DNA of 64,000 nucleotides, taken from Stegostoma tigrinum (Eukaryota). The stretch is from positions 16,894,637-16,958,636 of the forward strand of contig NC_081379.1 of the NCBI RefSeq assembly GCF_030684315.1, given 5' to 3'. The position numbers and the translations under genes were made by a program. Under the pieces are notes generated by a model. The model was not told the origin of the DNA and did no database searches. It saw only the letters and a list, made by a program, of their open reading frames with translations. Within the stretch, counting starts at the first letter, position 1; every line of letters starts with the position of its first letter. Shown here piece by piece: positions 26,201 to 39,560 of the stretch.

Positions 26201-28171
26201 ACTGGCTTACCTGTAATCCTTGGACTTGTTGCACTTGATCTGCAGACCCCTGGAATCTGGTAAAATCAAGCACTCATCTGACCATGGCCCACCTCCTGGA
26301 CTGGTCACGGATGAGGCCTTCGCTGAGTGTGGTGGCAGCCTCTGACTGAATGACAGCAAGCATGGTGACGTGGTGAGACCAGTAGTTTGTTGATACATGC
26401 ATTTATGAAGTGTAGAGAAGGATGATTTTCTGTCATTTTTTAATACACTCCCTCTCAATCATCCACTGTTCCACGTACTTGTGAGGTCAGTCCCAGATCA
26501 CTACTTTTTTGTCTCATTAACTAATCTGGTTTGATTATGGGGTCCTTTGCAATACATAAAGGAGTTTTATGAAAGTGGTAACTGTACTGCTTGTTATCTG
26601 TGGGATGTCCACACCCTAGTCCCCATGGATTATGAAATTTTGTGGAAATGATTAGAAACACATTAGAAATTACTAAATTTACAGATATTCTGGATAAATT
26701 TTATCTACATTTTTTGAAATGGAGTTGTAAACTACATAAGAAACATTCATCAGTTTAAATGCATCCAGTCTAACAAGACTCATAATACATTCTTACTTTG
26801 TCTTTTAGTTTCTTTCTAAAACTGCCTTTATGCAAAATGCAAAGGACAGAAGCTCAGTTCCATTACTGAATTCAGCACTGTTCTGTTTGGAGGGATTACA
26901 TCTAAGAACAAACAAGCAGACGGAAATTTGCTCCCTGAGTTGAAGATTGTTGACTATAATCCCTTTGCAAGTAAATTTGTGTCAAATATATTAATATGCA
27001 GTCTTTATCAATGCCGTTTTTTTGGTAGACAAATGATTCTTCTTTATGGTCTTGTGCATTTTGCTTTGCTATCCAGCCATTATGGAACAATAATCTACAT
27101 GAACACATTTTTCAGAAAGTCAAAGATGAACCAATCAAATCACTCAATTTGTTTGTTTAACATAAAGGTACAATAGTCGTAATTGCCATTCATTAGCCAT
27201 TCATAACAAGGTCCATTTTTCAACTTAAGATTTAATTAGTTTATAGAGACAGCACCTCCAATTTGAAGCATCCTCTCCTTTTGTTATGTCCTGCTGTAGG
27301 CTGCTACACCTTTTAACTTGGAAGGCTTCTGGTTGGCTTCAAGAAACCAGCTACTGCCCTTACTTGAATGGTGAATCAATTGGCAGGTCAATTAAGGGAC
27401 ACCCCTCTGGAAAATCGAGCAGTTGTAGGGATTCAACTGGTCCTGAAAACTATTTCTAGCCCCTGAAGGCGAAGTCCTGCTGTAGACTGCAGCAATGAAC
27501 AAAGGAACAGTCATGTGATGTAATAGCGCCTTCAATGCATGCCAACAGTCTAAATGTTGGAATCTGCTTCCAACCCAGGATTACGTTCTTCACCATTGTT
27601 ATGTTAGCCTCAGCCACAGCCTCCCTCCTCTAGTTCTACATTAGTGTACACAACTGTCCCTTTCTCCAATGTTGCTAAGTGAGAGGTACAGGTACTCATC
27701 TGCAAGCTGTTAAATTATTTATTTACTTTTTGCAAAACCTAGATATTAAAAACAAATGGAAATATAATTCATCACTGAAGTTGAATGCTAATCAAAAGCA
27801 TTGATTTATTTATAGCCTTCAAAAACAAAATTAAGTCATGAAAGTTTAATTCAAAATACTAGTGTTAAAAAACCCAAGGAGCCTCCTGACAGAAACTATG
27901 AATTAACTAAATGACTTACCATCAATCAGTAGCCCTGGTAAAACAAATTGCATTAATGGTATATCTTCCTTACTGTTATAACACAATACATCCTCTAACT
28001 CAAACATGAACAATTTCATTAGGGACCTGTCGCAGTTTTATTAAAATAACATGAATCCAAAATTTCCAGTTATCCATCACACTATCCATCATTTGAACTT
28101 CTGTAATTAATTGACTGAAATTTTACCTCCATAAAAGAATGACAAATGAAAACTATATAGGTAGACACCAT

Positions 28172-28375
28172 CGCCAACACAATGTGGCACTGGAGGAAAA
28201 CAGCAGGTTAGGCAGCATAGGAGGAACAGGAAAGTTGACGTTTCGGGTTGCAATGAAGGGTCCCAACCCAAAATGTCGAATCTACTGCTCCTCTGATGCG
28301 GCCTGAACTGCTGTGTTCCTCCAGCTCCACACCCTATTGACTCTGACTCCGGCATCTACAGTTCTTGCTATCTCC
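28172..28375 (+). mobile_element. Older PLE hairpin mini-insertion (inverted arm + sense arm + tail)
   Basis: Imperfect inverted arms around a decayed hammerhead, with tail ctccggcatctacagttcttgctatctc. A degenerate 14-bp TSD taggtagacaccat/tagatggacaccat lies at 28158-28171 and 28376-28389. Confidence 0.7.
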
Positions 28376-28664
28376 TAGATGGACACCATGTCAGAGACAA
28401 GCAATGAAGGAGCATTCAAATCATCAGTTGTGAAATTATAAGAAACACAAATCACACTGTTTCAGTCAGTAACCAACTCATGTTTTCATCAGTGGTAAAT
28501 CCAGTGTTTGATGGGCATTTGCTAGGCCAGGGACACAGGACCTCTCAGGCTGAAAATCCTTGCCAATAGCCCCCACAGTTTTGTACTGATGGGTTAGCTT
28601 GGTTTGGGTACAGCCTCTGCCTACACAATGGCTAGTTAAAACTAAGACACTGTTTTAACTTGAT

Positions 28665-29118
28665 ACAGAGTCACAGAATCATACAGCATGGAAACAGATC
28701 TTTTGTTCCAACCAGTCCATGTAGACCTTCCTCGGGAAGTTCATTCCACACATGAACCGCACTGTGTAAATAAATTGCCCCCATCTCTTTTTTTAGATCT
28801 TTTTCCTCTCACCTTAAAAATATACCCCCTGATCTTGAAATGCCCCACCCTAGGGAAAAGACCCTGCCATTCACCTTATCTATACTCCTCATGATTTTAT
28901 AAATCTGTATAACTTCACCCCTCAACCTCCTACACCTCAACAAAAAGAAGTCCTAATCCATCCAGCCTCTCCCCATAACTTAAACCTTCCATTCCTAGCA
29001 AAATCCTGGCATATCTCTTCTGAACCCTCTCCAGCTTAAAGATATCCTTCGATAACAGGGTAACCAGAACTGGACATAGTACTCTCGAAGAGGACTTGCC
29101 AATGTACAATCTCAACAT
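28665..29118 (-). mobile_element. CR1 3' fragment
   Basis: KLERVQKRYARILLGMEGLSYGERLDGLGL, with tail cagagtcacagaatcatacagc. Confidence 0.85.
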
Positions 29119-29751
29119 ATATTTGAACTCTGATGCAATTTACTGCATTCTCACTTTTATTACAGCAGGATTATGTTAGACTGCAGATTTTAAGCCTGAA
29201 GGCTTCTAACGTAAACTTAAAATTATTCCTCATAGCATGATTAGACTAACAAAAAAGGTTGTGTTTTGTACCTTTGTTAACATTTTCACTTTTCATTTCC
29301 TTCCAAATAAGCTTGCAGTTAATAGCTTTTCAAGAGCTTTCACACTATCAGATAGTATAAGCTATCAGATACACCTGTGTCTGCAAGTTCCAAAATATCA
29401 CTGTTTCAGCATATGGGACATGCTAAATTTCCAAGTGTTTTGAGAAGATACTTGGAAATTAATTTGAATGATTCTTTCCAAGCAAGGTTTTGAATTTAAA
29501 CAAAATTTGAAACAAAGGGAGAAAGGTTTACTGTGACTGGATAAATGGCTTGGCATATTGTCAGAACATGATGAACTTTTTAGCATACAACATAAGGGAC
29601 AAAGTGTGGTGAAGCATAAAGAATTAGCTGAACTCAGGTGACAGGGAGTTAAAACAGAACAAGGGATGGTTAGTGCAAAATGCATCTACCTCTAATAATT
29701 ATTATAGAAAGGGCTGGAATGAGTGCAAGTTAATTTTAGAATTAGGTCCAG

Positions 29752-31008
29752 ATAGAACATAGAACATAGAACATAGAACAGTACAGCACAGAACAGGCCC
29801 TTCAGCCCACAATGTTGTGCCGACCATTGATCCTCATGGATGCACCCTCAAATTTCTGTGACCATATGCATGTCCAGCAGTCTCTTAAATGACCCCAATG
29901 ACCTTGCTTCCACAACTGCTGCTGGCAACGCATTCCATGCTCTCACAACTCTCTGCGTAAAGAACCTGCCTCTGACATCCCCTCTATACTTTCCACCAAC
30001 CAGCTTAAAACTATGACCCCTCGTGCTAGCCATTTCTGCCCTGGGAAATAGTCTCTGGCTATCGACTCTATCTATGCCTCTCATTATCTTGTATACCTCA
30101 ATTAGGTCCCCTCTCCTCCTCCTTTTCTCCAATGAAAAGAGACCGAGCTCAGTCAACCTCTCTTCATAAGATAAGCCCTCCAGTCCAGGCAGCATCCTGG
30201 TAAACCTCCTCTGAACCCTCTCCAAAGCATCCACATCTTTCCTATAATAGGGCGCCCAGAACTGGACGCAGTATTCCAAGTGCAGTCTAACCAAAGTTTT
30301 ATAGAGCTGCAACAAGATCTCACGACTCTTAAACTCAATCCCCCTGTTAATGAAAGCCAAAACACCATATGCTTTCTTAACAACCCTGTCCACTTGGGTG
30401 GCCATTTTAAGGGATCTATGTATCTGCACACCAAGATCCCTCTGTTCCTCCACGCTGCCAAGAATCCTATCCTTAATCCTGTACTCAGTTTTCAAATTCG
30501 ACCTTCCAAAATGCATCACCTCGCATTTATCCAGGTTGAACTCCATCTGCCACCTCTCAGCCCATCTCTGCATCCTGTCAATGTCCCGCTGCAGCCTACA
30601 ACAGCCCTCTACACTGTCAACGACACCTCCGACCTTTGTGTCGTCTGCAAACTTGCTGACCCATCCTTCAATTCCCTCGTCCAAGTCATTAATAAAAATT
30701 ACAAACAGTAGAGGCCCAAGGACAGAGCCCTGTGGAACCCCACTCACCACTGACTTCCAGGCAGAATATTTTCCTTCTACTACCACTCGCTGTCTTCTGT
30801 TGGCCAGCCAATTCTGTATCCAAGCAGCTAAGTTCCCCTGTATCCCATTCCTCCTGACCTTCTGAATGAGCCTTCCATGGGGAACCTTGTCAAATGCCTT
30901 ACTGAAGTCCATATACACCACATCCACAGCTTGACCCTCATCAACCTTACTAGTCACATCCTCAAAAAACTCGATAAGGTTTGTAAGGCATGACCTACCC
31001 CTCACAAA
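29752..31008 (-). mobile_element. Very young CR1 LINE, 5'-truncated, with uninterrupted RT-to-stop reading frame
   Basis: 385-aa ORF 29848-31005 with YMDFSKAFDKVPH, GVPQGSVLGP, FADD and HLEYCVQFW, followed by a (ctatgtt)n tail. Confidence 0.96.
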
Positions 31009-33024
31009 GATGATTCTAAGGTGAATAATATGAGGAGCTGGTGTCAGAGTTAGTCAAGAATGCATAATCATATGGAAAAGTAAGGAGAGATTGTTTTAAT
31101 AAAGTAAGGAATGGCAGATGTTGCTTGAGGACTGATATAAACGGCAATTGGGGCATCAATTCCACGTTTGTTTTGGCAGCAAAACCAATCACATGATTCC
31201 CACAGAGTCATTATGAGTCACAAGGTAGGTGTGCTTCAAGCGAAGTGTAAATATATAATTAAAGCTTATTAGTTGAACTCAGCAGTAAGAATAGTCTGCA
31301 TTGATAATGCTCTAGCGAAAGGTGAATCTCCTATGGGTGAGTGTTCAGCTGTATCACTTACAAGTATTATTCACGTGTGCAGTCCAGTAAAATCTACCAA
31401 GTTAATCTGACTCCTTGATTCAAATTTTAATTCATGCAGCATGAATAACGCTGCAATAGAAGGGGCTCTCATAGAATTTCTATTTCGTCACATTGACAAT
31501 TCAAAAACCGCATATATATTATCAGTGCACATACTGAAACCTACTTTTCTTCAACTTGGACAAGAATTTCTGAGTTTTCCAATTGTACAGAAATGAAACA
31601 GGAAAATAAACTTTAGAAATGTTTTGTGTAAAATTTGCATAACCAAAACTACTTGTTAACTACATTTGATTAATTCAGGAAGCTGAGCTGGAAAAAAGAA
31701 ACAAGAGAGAAATAAACAAAAGATGATTACCTGTTTTCATTTGTTTATACTGACAACTCCTGAGTAATTGTTTAGAAAATGATATGAATAAGCAGCTGTG
31801 CTTGCTATACTTAGACTGTATTGTCATTTAGCCAAAACAAAACTAGAACTATCAAAAGGAACAAGCAGCTGAAAAATACGTATTTTTTTAATATGCTTAA
31901 CATCACATAAAATTTATGCAGTCAATGATATTTGTGATAATATTTTGGCTTTGCATGATATTTGTTTGTGGCAGGATTATTTATTGATGCAGATTATAGA
32001 TCAATAAATTATCCATTTTCTTGTTTTGTCAGAGAAATAAAGAATATTAATTCACTATTTTATGTAACAGCAACATAAAAGGAAAGCACTATAATCTTAA
32101 AAACAATGTAAAACATTGTTACTATTTCCAGTGTACAACGTATTTCTAAATTCTTTCACAACAGATGTTCTAATATCCACTAATTCTATATTTCAATACA
32201 ATTGTATTCTCTTTTTTAAAACTGTGCAATCTCTACATCTTTGTAAGCAATTAGAGATCTGCTGGTAATATAAACCTGCACACATTTCCTGTCGTCCATC
32301 ACATTACCCACAGCCTTAAATGGACAAGGCTCCACCTAAACAGTAGAGTTACATCCTACATTGTATGGAATAAGACACCCCTTGTTACAAAACAGCATAT
32401 TCTGTAAAATTACAAATAATATCACAGGGTACAGGTTAGTATTTGTCGTACTTAAGGTGTGCTTTTGACACATCATCATTGAGCACCAAAGTTTTAAACC
32501 ATTTGATCTAAGACTGTAACTCTTTAACGTGAATTTGACATTTGCATGCATTCGCTCCAATATTATTCTAAAAGCTCAAAATCACACAAAGAAACAGACA
32601 CAAAGCATGCTGAGCCGCAGTCAGATTGAAATGTGCCAATCGACAAGGAACAGGCTATACACAACCATGATTAATTAGAAGATGAAGAATCAACTAAATT
32701 CTTAATTATTTTATTGAAACTTGTTTGGATTCAATTTATATGCCAGTTACCTTTTTCATAATTTAAAATAAATGTGCATAAATTCAGCTGAGATATTAAA
32801 TTAAGGTCTCATTTATCCTAAGATAAACGCAAAACACTGCAGGTTCCGGATATCTGAAAATGAAATTGCTGGAAAACTCGGCAAATCTGTGGAAAGGGAA
32901 TAGAGTTAATGTTTCAAGTCCAAGATGATTCTTCTTTGGAACTGATGGAAGCTGGAAAACTGATAGATTTTGTGCAGTAGAAAAGGGAGGGAAGATCTCA
33001 GATCATGTGGCAATACTTGAAGAG

Positions 33025-33180
33025 GAAGGGACTGTTCTGGCCAATATTTATCCCTCATCAATGGTATTGTAAAGAGAGTTTATCTGGTCAATATCACATT
33101 GCTGTTTGGGGGCTTTGTTATGTGTAAATTGCCTGGTACATTTCTTAAATTACAAGAGTGAATATATTCCACCAATACTT
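33025..33180 (+). mobile_element. DeuSINE-like (Deu domain) fragment
   Basis: ctggccaatatttatccctc...tatctggtcaatatcacattgctgtttgggggc...aaattg resembles the Deu core as I recall it. Not database-checked. Confidence 0.55.
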
Positions 33181-33219
33181 TGTGCCACTTTAATCCAAAC
33201 CTCTTCTCCTTTTCAAGCA

Positions 33220-33376
33220 ATATAATAAAATGTGAGGCTGGATGAACACAGCAGGCCAAGCAGCATCTCAGGAGCACTGTGCTCCTGAGATGCTGCTTGG
33301 CCTGCTGTGTTCATCCAGCCTCACATTTTATTATCTTGGAATTCTCCAGCATCTGCAGTTCCCATTATCTCTGATA
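33220..33376 (+). mobile_element. PLE hairpin mini-insertion
   Basis: Perfect 56-bp arms (33222-33277 and 33279-33334) with a 1-nt loop, then the tail. A 14-bp TSD ctccttttcaagca lies at 33206-33219 and 33377-33390. Confidence 0.92.
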
Positions 33377-33489
33377 CTCCTTTTCAAGCATTTGTGTTTC
33401 AACAATCTTCTTGAATTATTTGAAGAAGTAATAGAAAGGATACACAATATGTCCTTCCAAATTATGAACAAGTACTAGTTTGTTTCTCC

Positions 33490-36400
33490 TCTCCCAAAAA
33501 CAATCTGGTTCACTAATGCCTGTTACGGAAATAAGACCTGCCATACTTGCCTGGCCTACATTGCAATGCAGTTGACCCTTTAATGGTCCAGCAAGCCACA
33601 CGGATGTATCTAACCACTACAGAGTCTGATAAAGGAATTAAATTTGACAGGCCATCTAGCATTGAACAGAAACTGGAAATGACAAAACATTCACTGACCT
33701 GCTGACCGTGCAGAGTCCTCTTTTCTAATATGTGGGGGCTGGTGCCAAAATTGGGACAGCAGTCCCACAGACTAGTCAAATAAAGCCTGACATAGTTGTT
33801 ATCACAGAATCATACATTACAGACAATGTTCCTGTCATCACCACTCACTATCCATAGGTTTATCCAGTCAGTGAAGGCAGAGGTGGTGGCACAGTGGTAC
33901 ACAGTCAAGTGGCAGTTGCTCTGGGAAGACTCAATATTTACTCTGAACCCCATGAAGGATGGTGCCGTTAGACCAGACCTGAAGCAGATGGTTAGGGAAC
34001 CTACAAAAAGGAAAATCACACTTGAGCTCATTTTCACAACAGAGCTGTAACAGATGGCAGTCCATGGCAGTATCAGTAGGAGTGACCACTGGACTGTCCT
34101 TGTTGACATGAAGTTCTGCTTTCACATTGACAGTCCCTTCATTATGTTGTGTGGCATTACCACCTTGCTGAATGTGATAGATTCTGAATAAACCTAGTAG
34201 CTAAAGACTAGGTACCCAGGAGGTGCTGTAGCCCAACAACAGCAGCACAACTATTTTCAACACAATATGTAATATCACAGCCCAGCATGCCCCACTGTCC
34301 TAATACCCCGATTCAACGGACAGTGCTGGGGGCATGTGAGAAGCAGCAGCGGACATACCTAAAAATAAGGTGTTGATTTGGTGAATCTGCAACGTCTGAT
34401 TACTTACAGCACAAACAGCAAGTGATAGGCTGAGCTAAGTGATCCTGCAATCAATGGATCTGATCTAAGCTCTGAAGTCATGTTGCATCCAGTTGAGGAT
34501 AATTAAGCAACTCACCAGAGGAGGAGATTCCACAAGTTCTCCCATCCTCAATAACAGGGAAGCCCTGCACATCAGTGTAAAGACAAGACTGAAGCATTCG
34601 CGTTTGTCTTTAGCCAGAGGTACTAAGTGGCCTCATCCCAAGATCCCCAGTATCAGGTCCAGCCTTCAGCTAATTCAACTCACTCCACATGATATTAAGA
34701 TGTGGCCGAAGAAATCAGATACTGCAAAGGCTATGAACTCTGACAATGTTCTGGTAATAGTACAGAAAACTTGTGCAAATAACTAATCACACCATTAGCA
34801 ACGCTGTTCCATTACAACAACACTGGCATCTGCCCAGCAATGTGTCAATTTGCACTGTTATGTCCTATACACGTAAACAGGACAAATCTACCCCAGACAG
34901 TTAATGACCCATCAGCCTGTTTTTGATCATTAGCAAAGAGATGGAAGGTGTCACAGATAGTGCTATAAAATGACACTTAGCAACTTGCTCACTGAGAATC
35001 AGCTTGGGTTTTTTAAAATTCATTCGTGGGATGAGGGCTTCATTGGCTAGGTAGCATTTATTGCCCATCCCTAATCACCCAGAGGGCAGTTAAGAGTCAA
35101 GCACATTGCTGTGGATCTGGGGTCACATGTAAGCCAGACCACGTAAGGATAGCAGTTTGCTTCCCTAAAGGGCATAAGTGAACCAGATGGGCTTTTCCTG
35201 ACAATCGAACACTGGATTCATGGTCACTATTAGATTCTTAATTCCAGATATTTATTGAATTCAAATTCCACCATCTGTTGTGATGGGATTCAAATCCGGG
35301 TCCCCAGAACATTATCTGAGTCTCTGGATTAACACTCCAGCGATAATACCACTAGGTTATTGCCTGCCCCGTCAAGTAATTTCAGCTCCTGATTTCATTA
35401 CTGCCTTTCTCCAAACATGGACATAAGAACTCAACCCAACAGGGGAAGTTAAGACAACTTCCCCTGACATCAAGGCAGCATTTGACTCAGTGTGGCATTA
35501 CAGAGCCCTAAAGAAATTTCAGTCAACAGGAATCAGAAAGAAAACTCTATGCTGATTGGAGTCAAACATGGTGCAAAGAATGATACTTGTAATTTTGGGA
35601 GGTCAATTATCTCTGCCACAGGATTTTACTCCAGGTGTTGCTCTGGGTAGTATCCTTGGCCCAACCATCTTCAGCTGCTTTGTCAGTGATCTTCACTCCA
35701 TTCGCTGGGTCAGATATTGAATGGTCATTGATGATTGCACAATGTTCAGAAGCATTCACCACTTACATGTTAATTCGGTCTGTGTCCAGATGCAGAAAGA
35801 CTTAGTCAAATTTCAGGATTTTGGGTTGATAAGAGACAATTAATATTCATGCCTCACAAGTGCCAGGCAATAATAATTTCCAACAAAACAGAACCCAGCC
35901 GTTGCCTTTGATATTTACTGGCATCACTATAGCTAAATCCTCCACTATTAATACCCGAGGGGATTACCATTGACCTGAAACTGAAGTGGATTAACCATAA
36001 AAATACTGTAGCTACAAGATCAGAAGTTGCAAATTCTGCAGCAAGTAACTCACCTCTTTTGTTCTCAATGTCTGTCTATCATCTGCAAAGCAGAGGTCAG
36101 GAGTGTGATGGCGTACACTCTTGCCAGAATGAATCAAGCTCCAATAACACTCAAGAAGCTTGACACCATCCAGGACAAAGCAGCCTGCTGATCAGCATCC
36201 CGTCTACCACCTTAAATATTCAGTCCCTCCACCATGGATGCATAGTGGCAGCTGTGTGTACCATTGAATCGATGCACTGCAATAACTCCCAAGCCCCCTT
36301 AGAAACAACACTTTGCCATCTAGATGGACAGGGGCAGCGGGTAAATGGAAATTCCATCACCCTGATTTCGAACTATATCACCACTCCTTCACTGTTGCTG

Positions 36401-36570
36401 AGTCAAAGCCCTGGAGCTCCTGTCCAGCAGCACTGGATGTGTACCTGCACCTCATTTCCTGTAACATTCAAGAAGGTGACTCACCATCATCTCATTGAGT
36501 GCAATTAGGCTTGGTGAATAAATCCTCACTTTGCCAACATCATCCAGGTCCTGTGATAAAAAAAAACATT
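33490..36570 (+). mobile_element. Near full-length decayed tRNA-headed CR1-group LINE
   Basis: Partial SINE-like head, APE start (NMWGLVPKLG..SHRLVK..PDIV.ITES), RT remnants (DIKAAFD.VWH, G.ILGPTIFSCF) and 3' end gtgcaattaggcttggtgaataaa...aaaa. Confidence 0.8.
35012..35370 (-). mobile_element. Bipartite tRNA-SINE nested in its partner LINE
   Basis: Reverse-complement homologue of 58591-58925. Confidence 0.85.
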
Positions 36571-37249
36571 TGACTCAAATATAGGAGGTTCAATTTAAAA
36601 TACAAAATTCTGCCCAATGAGTAAATGTTAACACACCACCTAATCCTTCTTGTCGGAATATGGGAACAATTTAAGTGAGCAAGAAGTCCCATAAAATCAT
36701 TATGCACCACCAAGCACACGAGGTAACTTAAAAGGGCTGGTTTGATGGAGCCTGTATGAAACTTCCAGGTTATTGCACAACCCAGAGCGAATGATGGAAT
36801 CAATGTTACAGATAAGCGATACAGTATCCTGATGATACATGGTACATTTTACATTGTTCTGATCTTGCAATGAAAGGGAATGTTTATAGGGACGGAAGAA
36901 AGAGTTACATTTTATAAACATAAAAAATGTGGAGATTTGTTCCCAAAAGTGTTCTGATAGGCTTGTCATGAGTTTTTTTCTCTCAGTCTAGGCCTGGACT
37001 CCTCGTGCGTTCTGTTTATTACACCACTGATTTGGCTTGAAGTTTAAATTGATTAAGACATCAACATAGTTTTGCTGATTTGAGCAAACTTATCAAAGTG
37101 GGTACACAGTTGGAGTATGATGTGTGGAATGTCATGGTAGGGGGTAGAAAATTTCCTAAAATGAGAAGAACTTTCCAAAATTAATCTGAAGACGCAGGCT
37201 GTTGACCACCCCAAAACCACTCCCCTCCCCCACCATCCTGTGGTTCAAC

Positions 37250-39560
37250 ACAGTGGTTCAGCAGATGGGGAGAGCGAGGTAAACGTTACAGTCTGTTATT
37301 GTTATTGTGTAGTCTGTTATGATCGCAGGTTAGTTTTTGGTCTATGCACTGTTTCTCGTTGCGAGTAACATGCCAATCGTCAGTGCTGTTGTGAATCTGT
37401 AGCTCTGAGAGAAAAGATAAATCAAACGACTCGTTGAAAAACGGAAAGGAACCTCAAACGATAGAAATAAAATTAACCTGTTCCACCTTTTAAGCCTTCA
37501 TGTCTTCGCTCCTGTCTGTATTGACTTGGTGTTTGGAATCGCTCCAAGGGACCACATTTGACTAAGATCGTCAAAATGATGCATCTTTACGTGTGGACCT
37601 ATGATCCTGAATTTTTTCCTCAATCGAGTCACAAGCCTGACAGTTAATAAATTAAAACCCACTCATTTTTTAATGCCCTCTCTAAAAATTAATCACAATA
37701 TAACCCTCAAACTGACATGTACACAGCTGGCTGTTCCTTGCTTTTATCTTTCAAAGACGACTTTCTGTTGAAATTGGAGCGCATATATTGAACTAGACAA
37801 CCCATCCCAGTGCCTAATAAATATCGAGGGTTCGAAATTCATCTCGGAATTTATTTTTGAATCGGCATAAAACGGACGGCATCAGATTGGCCATCAGTTC
37901 CAGTCTGATATTAAATTCCAATGATACTTCTGCCTGTGATGCGCAGCGAAGCAGATAACCGCCAAATTGTTCGCTAATCCCACGGATGAAATCCGGACCC
38001 CCGAGAGATTTTATTTTTTGTGAATTGTATCTTGCATTAATCAAGATGCGTGTGCCTGCTTCGTACTTGTGGTCCTTCCCTTTTTGGAAACCCGAGGGAT
38101 TATAATTGAATTTAACGAAACCTCTCTGACACCGACTCCACGATGCGGTTTTAAATGTGAAACTAGCTCCTCCTGTTTGATTCAAGATGGCAAAGCAAGT
38201 GAAATAGAAAATAGCAAATCGTGCTTGTTTCTGTCTTTTTTTCCCTTGGATATTATGTTTTTCTTAAGAAAACAAAAGCTCTTCTCGAATTCCCGTATTC
38301 ACCTCAAAGGAGAAACCCGCAGACAGTGAGTGACCCTGGATCCAGCCAGCGAGCCTCTGCTCTGAAAATTAGGAGAACTCCAGTTCCACGTTTTCGGAGA
38401 GATCCGTTTTGACACCAGGAGGAAGTGGAAAGCTTACAGTCTCTGCTCATGGCCACTGTACAACAGAAAGCATCAGGCTGCACCAAAAAGAGAGAGGAGA
38501 AATAAAGGCCGCTGGGAGCAGAGAAGATCCGAGTTGGGCAGTAGTGGAGAGGGGGGCTTAGAAAAGGAGGATCTTCTCTCAACAGCCATCCTGAAGGTTT
38601 CCTATTCCCAGGAATGAGAACTGAAGCCTGGCTGGTTCCCAGATGATACAGTTGGGACAGAGTTTCTGGCTGTTAGTTCTTTGAAGAGGCTCCTAGTTTT
38701 TTTCTTCCCTTTCAGGTTTTGCAGCAGGGTTTCTGGACTCATCCCCTGGGGAGGTTGCAGTGATCTCCCCACGCTGCCTGGTGCCCGTCTCTGGTTGTTT
38801 GTGGGAGCCTGTGCCTCTCTCCTATTTTGCTCTAAAGACTCTTCACCCTGCTGCTGTAGCTCTCTCTCTCTCTCCTACCAAGATGGCGGACCTGGAGGCT
38901 GTGTTGGCTGATGTGAGCTATTTAATGGCGATGGAGAAAAGCAAATCGACTCCAGCCGCCAGAGCCAGCAAGAAAATTGTACTTCCAGAGCCCAGGTAAG
39001 AAATGAAAGAGAGAGTTGGGAGGGAAAGAAAAAAAATCCCCAGCACAAACCCTGAAGTAGAATCCGAATTTAAAAAGCTGCAGCTCGTTTGTCATGACAA
39101 GCTGGCTAAGCACCTCTGAATTAACATCAAAACATAGCAGCAGTAGCTGTCGTTTATTGCAGAAATTATTAATATCGTCAGTATTTTCAGTCATAAAATG
39201 CGGTATTAACGGGAGCTTAAGAAATCAAGTGAGCATAACCTGCATGCGCGTCCAACGGGACCGAGTCGACAATTAAACCAGACATTCGTTGTATCCCCAC
39301 CGTCAACATCCCAATTTGAGTGAATCACAAATTTGTTGTCCTTTTTTTCTGTTGAAAATTTTATGACCTCATTGATACCAATTTAACCGAAAACGTGCTT
39401 TGAGGTGAATATATAATATGTTAAAAAATGCCCAGAGGATCATGCGTCTTTTGAAAAACAAATCAAAAGTGTACATTCCCAAACGAACTGTATTCACCCA
39501 AAATATATAGGTTAAAATAATTTAATTTTGGTTTTTCTGCTCGCTATCACGTGGGTCTTC
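37250..39560 (+). promoter_or_regulatory. CpG-enriched, repeat-poor promoter/5'UTR region of the GRK3-like gene
   Basis: CpG density is visibly higher than in the CpG-depleted flanks, no recognisable TE is present, and the region surrounds the start codon. A YY1-like AAGATGGCGG overlaps the ATG. Boundaries are approximate and the TSS is not located. Confidence 0.6.
38883..38995 (+). CDS. GRK3: G protein-coupled receptor kinase 3 (beta-adrenergic receptor kinase 2)-like, coding exon 1
   Basis: Translates [37 protein letters not shown](S), the hallmark GRK2/3 N-terminus. The 113-nt coding part ends at AG|gtaag (phase 2). GRK3 is preferred over GRK2 from IVLPEP and FNQKIG. Confidence 0.93.

Noticed and set aside
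30280-30865. 143- and 171-aa plus-strand ORFs
   Set aside because: Antisense shadows of the CR1 RT frame.
33222-33334. miRNA precursor, terminator or MITE interpretation of the hairpins
   Set aside because: The arms are the 3' end of the PLE, with an asymmetric tail and variable 11-16 bp TSDs, consistent with a retrotransposition origin.
37814-38582. Divergent minus-strand ORFs in the promoter region
   Set aside because: No recognisable domain. Their lengths are compatible with chance in CpG-rich DNA.
38760-38882. N-terminal extension of GRK3 from the ORF track
   Set aside because: It starts at a non-ATG codon. The conserved protein begins at MADLEAV (38883) in good Kozak context.
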